64,000 nucleotides of DNA from a virus (lineage: Duplodnaviria; Caudoviricetes). Below are positions 58,657-64,000 of the stretch, in pieces. A model generated the notes under the pieces. That model saw nothing but the letters and a program-made list of their open reading frames with translations, was not told where the DNA came from and did no database searches. The stretch lies in the IMG/VR virus record IMGVR_UViG_3300021962_000022; one strand, given 5' to 3'. Numbering within the stretch: the stretch's first letter is position 1; every line of letters begins with the position of its first letter. The translations under genes were made by a program, and so were the position numbers.

Positions 58657-60603
58657 TTAATAGAATTTTGTTGGTAATGTAGTTGAGGTGTAATCAAGTT
58701 CACTCGGTAAAACAGTATTTGCAATATCATTAGCAATTGATGGGTTATTAACTATTGCACGTGTTGTCGCGTCAACGACCGCATCGTTTGATTTAATATT
58801 TAGGTTAATGTTTTTTGTGGTAACTTGTTGTTCACCTGACCCAATACTTTTTACACCCTTTAATGCCTCTTCACTAATTATACCACTTTTCTGTAATTCT
58901 TCAAAAGATTTTAACATGGGTGTCTTCGTGTTTAGACCAACCTCTTTCCAAAATGCGCCAAGTTCTTCATTTCCTTGTAGTTCGGCTGTTGTTGTCTTTT
59001 TTAAATCTTTTCCAAGTTTTTCTTCTAAGTATTTATCAACTTGAGATAAGGGTTCTCTTAGTCCACCAGCAACTCTAACCTTTGCTAAAGTCAATAATGC
59101 ACTAACATCTTTTTGTATATTTTGTGTGGTTGTATACTGGTCTCTTGCAATATCCTCAACACTCATTTTTTCAAACGCCTGTTGATTTTCTATTAATCCT
59201 TTAGCTATAGCGGGACTCAATTCATCAAGTGCAACTTTTGTATCCTCTAAACCTAACTCTTTTGCCAAAGATTTTGGTACGTCAATTACCATTTGTCCAC
59301 CTTCCATTTTAGAAATGTTGGTAAGGAACTCTTTTTCTTTTTCGTCGATTTGTAAACCTGATGATAGAAGAGCGGTAGCCGCTGAAGACCTTTCTGATGC
59401 CTTTATTGCGGTATTGGCCAATTCATCATAGTTCATACCAAGTTCACTGGCCAACGCTTTGGCTTTTCTTAAATTAGCACCCGATATTTCAAATTTCCCT
59501 AACTCACTATTATATGTTGTTAATGAACCCGCAACACCAATTAACGCGTCTTGTAATCCGCCGGCATCATTTGTTGCCATATACATCAATTTGAGTGGGT
59601 CATTAAAATCTCCAATTGCACCACCTATTGCTTGTAATTCGGCGGACAACGCAATCGCTTTATCAGGGTCCATGGCGTCATCTGCAAGTTTTAATACTGT
59701 AGACATATTCAAGTTAAATTCAATGGATTTTTGAACCATTCTTGTTAAACCTTCCACACCATTTTTAAATCCATATGAATTTAATTTAGACATATTTTGG
59801 TCTAACTCAGATACGACTTTTCTTGCATTTAAACCTAAAGCCAATGAACTTTTACCCGCTTTATCAATTTCTTTAATTGCATCCTTAGCTCCAATACCGA
59901 CTTTTTCAAATCCATCGATAGCACCCGCCAATTTATCCAAATCACCATAAAAAGCTCTCGCTGTTTTTTGGGATTCCTGTAAAACATCGGCACCAAATGT
60001 GGTCATTTTACCTGTATTTTGTACTAATGAAACGGCGTAATCACTAACGTCCTCAAAACCAAATGCCATTGCGGTTGCCGCTGGTAAGGTTTCTAATATA
60101 TTGTTTCGAGCTTCTCTTGATAGCTCACCTGTTAAACCAAGTTGAGAATTTATTTTATTTCGTAATTCAACCTCTTGTTTTAAAACTTGTTGTACACCCT
60201 CCATCAATTTTCCGATACCCGCACCAGCTAAATTCATAACCACATCGCCAACATTTTTTGATTGGTTCATTACATCAAATAAACCTTTAGAAACATCACT
60301 TAATTGAAATATGGTATCTTGAGTACTTTCCAATGATGAATACTGATATCCAGCACCTAACCTACTAATGTCTTGAGTGCCAAGTAACCCTGTAACTGTT
60401 GATTGTGTGGTGGATGTAAGTTTATTAGTACTTCCGGTATTTGAAGTTGTAGTTGTAGCGGTTGAACTATAGGCGGTCCAATAGTTATCGATTTGACCTA
60501 ATAGACTGGGATTATTCTTTACCTCATCACAATCCATAAACTCTTTCTTAAAATTACTGTAAGAAAGTCCTTGTTTAATATCACTAATTCTTGGTGCTGC
60601 CAT
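58657..60603 (-). CDS. Tape-measure-like protein, 648 aa
   Basis: Helical Ala/Leu/Gly/Lys-rich; canonical position after the tube and chaperone genes. Confidence 0.75.
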   Translation of the reverse strand: MAAPRISDIKQGLSYSNFKKEFMDCDEVKNNPSLLGQIDNYWTAYSSTATTTTSNTGSTNKLTSTTQSTVTGLLGTQDISRLGAGYQYSSLESTQDTIFQLSDVSKGLFDVMNQSKNVGDVVMNLAGAGIGKLMEGVQQVLKQEVELRNKINSQLGLTGELSREARNNILETLPAATAMAFGFEDVSDYAVSLVQNTGKMTTFGADVLQESQKTARAFYGDLDKLAGAIDGFEKVGIGAKDAIKEIDKAGKSSLALGLNARKVVSELDQNMSKLNSYGFKNGVEGLTRMVQKSIEFNLNMSTVLKLADDAMDPDKAIALSAELQAIGGAIGDFNDPLKLMYMATNDAGGLQDALIGVAGSLTTYNSELGKFEISGANLRKAKALASELGMNYDELANTAIKASERSSAATALLSSGLQIDEKEKEFLTNISKMEGGQMVIDVPKSLAKELGLEDTKVALDELSPAIAKGLIENQQAFEKMSVEDIARDQYTTTQNIQKDVSALLTLAKVRVAGGLREPLSQVDKYLEEKLGKDLKKTTTAELQGNEELGAFWKEVGLNTKTPMLKSFEELQKSGIISEEALKGVKSIGSGEQQVTTKNINLNIKSNDAVVDATTRAIVNNPSIANDIANTVLPSELDYTSTTLPTKFY

Positions 60604-60606
60604 ACC

Positions 60607-60614
60607 TATAAATA
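60607..60614 (-). promoter_or_regulatory. Putative late promoter motif TATTTATA
   Basis: Exact motif 3 nt upstream of the ATG at 60603. Confidence 0.55.
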
Positions 60615-60758
60615 CTATTTAGGACTATTTTCTAATTCAAGAATATATTCCACATAATATCTACGTATAAAAATTGGCATCGTCAAAATATCACCATAAC
60701 TAAAACCTTTTTTGATTAAAAATAAAATTTCATCTAATTGACCTTTCTTATAATCCAT
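60615..60758 (-). CDS. 47-aa tail assembly chaperone C-terminal part (MDYKKGQLDE...TMPIFIRR); may be expressed by frameshift fusion
   Basis: ATG overlaps the end of the upstream gene; the Y-x-x-I-x-x-MP-x-x-x-R pattern resembles small chaperone ORFs found before tape measures; the only TAG stop seen. Confidence 0.7.
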   Translation of the reverse strand: MDYKKGQLDEILFLIKKGFSYGDILTMPIFIRRYYVEYILELENSPK

Positions 60759-61497
60759 AGAAAGGACGAAAAAACTCCACCCCGAAGCCGATTTCAACAT
60801 CGACATCTTCTCCTGACGGGGTTTTTACTTTTTTTACTAAATCTAATCCTGGTTTATTTTCTTTAACAAATTTTTTGAAATCTTGTGAATCTTTGATTGG
60901 GAGTCTTTCTACAAAGTTGTGAATGTTCATCATATCTCTATTACCCTCAACAGATTTAATCATAATTTCTAATTGTTTAGTGACAATAGGTGCAACACCT
61001 TGTCCATTCCAACTTCGTTTTAAATCCTCTAAATCTTTTTCTTGTTTTGGTGTTAAAAACTTGAAAGTAATATGAACTTTAGATTTTTCCATAAAATATG
61101 GGTATTCACCATTTGTATCCGATTCTAAATTAAAATCTTTAAATTTTAATTCACTCATATCAACACTTGCCGTGTATTCCTTTTCTGTTTTTGGGTCTTG
61201 TAGATATAATTTATATTCAGGACCAAAAGCGGTATTTCTTAGGAAAATTAATATCGCTTGTCTATCTTCCTCTACAATATCTTCAACTTGAATGTCCCTA
61301 TCTAAAACTTTTCTTTTTAATAGTTCCTCAATCACTCCATTGGTGGCAATTAAATTCTGAGCTGATAAAATATTCTCATCCGCTGCTGTTAGATATGCAA
61401 CCTTTAATGATTTCTTTTTATTTTGATAGTGTATACCTCTTGAAGGTAATTCAACAACATCATACGCAATTGTTGGGTCTACTCTAAATTCATCCAT
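60748..61497 (-). CDS. Tail assembly chaperone / baseplate hub assembly protein (T4 gp26-like), 249 aa
   Basis: VELPSRG, YLTAADENIL, LIFLRNTAFG motifs; lies between tube and tape measure. Confidence 0.8.
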   Translation of the reverse strand: MDEFRVDPTIAYDVVELPSRGIHYQNKKKSLKVAYLTAADENILSAQNLIATNGVIEELLKRKVLDRDIQVEDIVEEDRQAILIFLRNTAFGPEYKLYLQDPKTEKEYTASVDMSELKFKDFNLESDTNGEYPYFMEKSKVHITFKFLTPKQEKDLEDLKRSWNGQGVAPIVTKQLEIMIKSVEGNRDMMNIHNFVERLPIKDSQDFKKFVKENKPGLDLVKKVKTPSGEDVDVEIGFGVEFFRPFYGL

Positions 61498-61540
61498 ATT
61501 TTTTTATTTTATAACTATTATAATTTACAAAAACTTATAA

Positions 61541-61572
61541 AAAAAGTAAAGGTCTCCTTTTGAGAGACCTTT
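61541..61572 (-). terminator. Rho-independent terminator after the tail tube gene
   Basis: Stem AAAGGTCTC/GAGACCTTT followed by ACTTTTTTT. Confidence 0.8.
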
Positions 61573-61597
61573 TATTGACAGATTTTTTATTATTTGA

Positions 61598-62086
61598 TTA
61601 GTAAACTAATATACATCTATCCATTCTCAATGAACAAGTGATAGATGCAATATCATCTCTTGAATAGTCTAGTTCATTAAAGTTTAAGTCGGTGATAAAA
61701 GTACCTTGAAGTATCCATTTTTCAACCACAACCCCCGTTGGGTCTAACATTTCTAATTCAATGTCTTTTTTATAACCAGCAGCATAACCCATACGACCTG
61801 TAACTGATTCTGCGTGTAAACGGAACCACTCCATTAATGCCTGAGCGGCTGAAGGTCCAATTGGGTCTTTGAAGGTTACTCTTATTTCGTTCCATTCAAA
61901 TCTACCAGCAACATATGTTGATGTGTTGATAAACGGAATCGCAACTGAATTAATTTTTGCACTTGGTCTAGCACTTGAGGTTACATACCATTCGTTGATA
62001 CCCAATGATGAGGGAAATCTTAATATGAATCGGTTAACTCTCTTCGGTTCGTAAGGAACCGGCATTTTCATTAATAAATCTGCCAT
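61598..62086 (-). CDS. Tail tube protein (T4 gp19-like), 162 aa
   Basis: EPKRVNRF, YVAGRFEWNEIRVTFKDPI, YKKDIELEMLDPTGVVVEKWILQG. Confidence 0.93.
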   Translation of the reverse strand: MADLLMKMPVPYEPKRVNRFILRFPSSLGINEWYVTSSARPSAKINSVAIPFINTSTYVAGRFEWNEIRVTFKDPIGPSAAQALMEWFRLHAESVTGRMGYAAGYKKDIELEMLDPTGVVVEKWILQGTFITDLNFNELDYSRDDIASITCSLRMDRCILVY

Positions 62087-62127
62087 GTCAATATTTGTTT
62101 TTTATTTTTTTTATTGTTAATCTTTCT

Positions 62128-62135
62128 TATAAATA
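62128..62135 (-). promoter_or_regulatory. Putative late promoter motif TATTTATA
   Basis: Exact motif 41 nt upstream of the tube gene ATG. Confidence 0.6.
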
Positions 62136-62208
62136 TCCTGTATCTGAAAAAACAAAAAAATCTTGTTCATCCCTTGATTATGTCAAAATAATTTCGTATT
62201 TTTTCCAT

Positions 62209-62286
62209 ACTAGTACTAGATGCTAGTAAATATAGAACTAGATTAAATAAACTAGAATAACTAGAATCAAATAAACTAGAACTAGA
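62209..62286. repeat. Non-coding array of eight CTAG-centred motifs (mostly ACTAGA)
   Basis: CTAG at 62210, 62216, 62223, 62238, 62252, 62261, 62276 and 62282. Confidence 0.85.
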
Positions 62287-62366
62287 ATACTGGTGCATAT
62301 ACTGGGTAATTTATAATTTTATTTTTTTTATATTTTAATATTTTTCTGTGGAACAAATAATATCAA

Positions 62367-62382
62367 CGTTTCACGTGGAACA
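62367..62382 (-). promoter_or_regulatory. parS-like centromere site TGTTCCACGTGAAACG
   Basis: 15/16 match to the bacterial chromosomal parS consensus TGTTNCACGTGAAACA; extra half-site TGTGGAACA at 62347-62355. Confidence 0.75.
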
Positions 62383-62407
62383 TAAAATAGGGAGGGTTTC
62401 CCCTCCC
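62383..62407 (-). terminator. Rho-independent terminator after the tail sheath gene
   Basis: GGGAGGG-GAAA-CCCTCCC (GNRA loop) followed by TATTTTA. Confidence 0.88.
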
Positions 62408-62414
62408 CTTTTTA

Positions 62415-64000
62415 TTAGATATTGTCAAATGATGCTCCTGTTGGTGTGATTATGAACTCAACATCGATGAATTCAAGAGCTCTTGTTGGTTTAATATAAA
62501 TTTTACCTCTCAAAGTATTAGCGTCAATGTCCTCAGGGTCGTTTGAAACCGTTACACGGAATTCATATAAACCTCTTTCTCTCTTGATTGCGTCTAATAT
62601 TGGGTTTACCAATCTCAAGAACTCGTTACGAACTTGTTCATCGTTTTGTTCAAATAGTAATCTAACTGCCACCGCTGAAATCAATTTTCTTGCTCTCAAC
62701 AACAATCTTCTTACGTTAATTCTATCCAATGCTGATTCACGAACTTGAAGAGTTTTATTACCCCAAATTATCGTTCCTGTATCTGCGAATGTTGCGATAG
62801 GGTTAATTCGAGCTTTGTATAGGTCATCTCTTTCATCCAAAGTTAATTTCTTGAAAGCTTTGATAGAGTTAACCAAACCTCTTGAGTAACCCGCTACTGC
62901 GAACCAAGGGAAGGATACGTTATCTGTTAATGCGATATTTCTTAATACTTCACCTGTTGGTGGAAGATATAGTTGTACCGCGTTATCCACGTCTCTAACT
63001 TGAATCCAAGGCCAATATGTTGCTGAATAGTTACTATCAATTGCAACTCCGTCCAATGCGTCTATAATTTCGTCAGAAGTACCATAGTTTGGTGGTGATA
63101 TCACATAAAGTGAATCTGCTCTGTCTTCTTCAATCATATCAATTGCGTATGATGTTAAAGAACTATGGTCGTAGAAGTTAATACCCGGTGTTGAGAATAT
63201 ATTGATGTCAACCGCCTCAGGGTTTGCAAAAGTGTCAATACCTTGAGTATATGCGTAGTAGTCAGAGTTTCCTGATACCGTACTAAACACCCCTCCGTTT
63301 GTGGTATTACCACTTGTGTAGGTAGTTTTACCAAAGATATAACCATCACCGTAAGTTCTTACGTTTCTGTAGATATCCCATCCATCAAATCCACCACCTG
63401 CGGCGAATGTGAATTTACGGTAGTTGATGTTTGTTAAAACGTTGTTTGCTCCACCTGTTTGACCTTCTAAATCATATGATGTAGTTAAGAAGGTAGTACC
63501 TGTGATAGTAGATGCGTTTGTTGATAAGTGGAAACCTTTAGTTGTTCCCGCAGCTCCCGTTCCTTTGAATTTAAATAAATCCCTATCGTATGTTGATTTA
63601 TTAACTGGACTTGATAAACCAAAGTAAACCTTTCTCACTTTATCTCCTGAAGATAAAATAGGTGTTCCGTCCGCTTCGTATCCTGTTGTATCACCCGCGT
63701 CATAGAATTCTGTTTTATACATTACTGAACCTAAAGTTTTAGTTCCAAATGATGTGTTGTTCACAAATCCTTTGAAACCGCCAGGGTATGCATCAATCGG
63801 GTGGTCATTGGCCATCGATAACATAATGTATCTTGAACGTAATTCGTATTCACCATCAGATGTACCAACTTTTTTAGCCACATAACCAGGTAGGTCAGGA
63901 TTCATATTACATCTTGAATATTTTTCAAGAACCACAATATTGTCGTCAGTATCATTGAAGTCACGAACAATTAAGTCGAAGTCACCAGTGTTTACATCTA
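62415..64000 (-). CDS. Contractile tail sheath protein (T4 gp18-like), 5'-truncated by the window edge
   Basis: SNYSATYWPW, PWFAVAGYSRG, RDDLYKARINPI, IWGNKTLQ, ALDRINVRRLL, LFEQND; the frame stays open to the window end (DVNTGDFDLIVRDFND...). Confidence 0.96.
   Translation of the reverse strand, partial: DVNTGDFDLIVRDFNDTDDNIVVLEKYSRCNMNPDLPGYVAKKVGTSDGEYELRSRYIMLSMANDHPIDAYPGGFKGFVNNTSFGTKTLGSVMYKTEFYDAGDTTGYEADGTPILSSGDKVRKVYFGLSSPVNKSTYDRDLFKFKGTGAAGTTKGFHLSTNASTITGTTFLTTSYDLEGQTGGANNVLTNINYRKFTFAAGGGFDGWDIYRNVRTYGDGYIFGKTTYTSGNTTNGGVFSTVSGNSDYYAYTQGIDTFANPEAVDINIFSTPGINFYDHSSLTSYAIDMIEEDRADSLYVISPPNYGTSDEIIDALDGVAIDSNYSATYWPWIQVRDVDNAVQLYLPPTGEVLRNIALTDNVSFPWFAVAGYSRGLVNSIKAFKKLTLDERDDLYKARINPIATFADTGTIIWGNKTLQVRESALDRINVRRLLLRARKLISAVAVRLLFEQNDEQVRNEFLRLVNPILDAIKRERGLYEFRVTVSNDPEDIDANTLRGKIYIKPTRALEFIDVEFIITPTGASFDNI

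Noticed and set aside
1-64000. Stop-codon reassignment (as in some Bacteroidota megaphages)
   Set aside because: All conserved genes are full length under code 11. Stops are almost all TAA; the single TAG (60615) does not read into a sensible in-frame product.
47447-64000. Bacterial eCIS/tailocin locus rather than a phage
   Set aside because: The tail genes are interleaved with T4-like SSB, recombinase, exonuclease, helicase and RNR genes and phage-type late motifs, and no host housekeeping genes are present

Overview
This window is 64 kb of an AT-rich, large (jumbo-type) contractile-tailed bacteriophage genome. Every credible gene lies on the minus strand. In transcription order (right to left): tail sheath (cut by the window edge), a structured intergenic region (terminator, parS-like palindrome, CTAG array), tail tube, chaperone/hub-assembly pair, tape-measure-like protein, very large baseplate hub proteins (1613, 108 and 2007 aa), two hypotheticals, a Dps/ferritin-like protein, a replication block (gp32-like SSB, RecA/UvsX-like, 5'-3' exonuclease, DnaB-like helicase, nrdB, nrdA), a baseplate wedge block (gp25-like, gp6/J-like and six more structural proteins), and finally a cluster of Thr/Pro/Ser/Val mucin-like proteins with small Cys-rich modules, including a 5331-aa giant. 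A Bacteroidota host is inferred from the RNR type, the lack of Shine-Dalgarno motifs and the parS consensus. I saw no tRNA, rRNA, CRISPR array, intron or intein. The long plus-strand ORFs are antisense shadows of the repeats. Most notable: (1) the 16-kb mucin-like gene and its shuffled Cys-module family; (2) a host-type parS site beside a CTAG array and an AT-rich tract; (3) strong enrichment of a [ST]-G-x-T tetrapeptide in structural proteins only; (4) a likely +1 frameshift in the tail chaperone; (5) a TATTTATA late-promoter motif; (6) apparent absence of GATC. All annotations come from reading the sequence; no database search was run.
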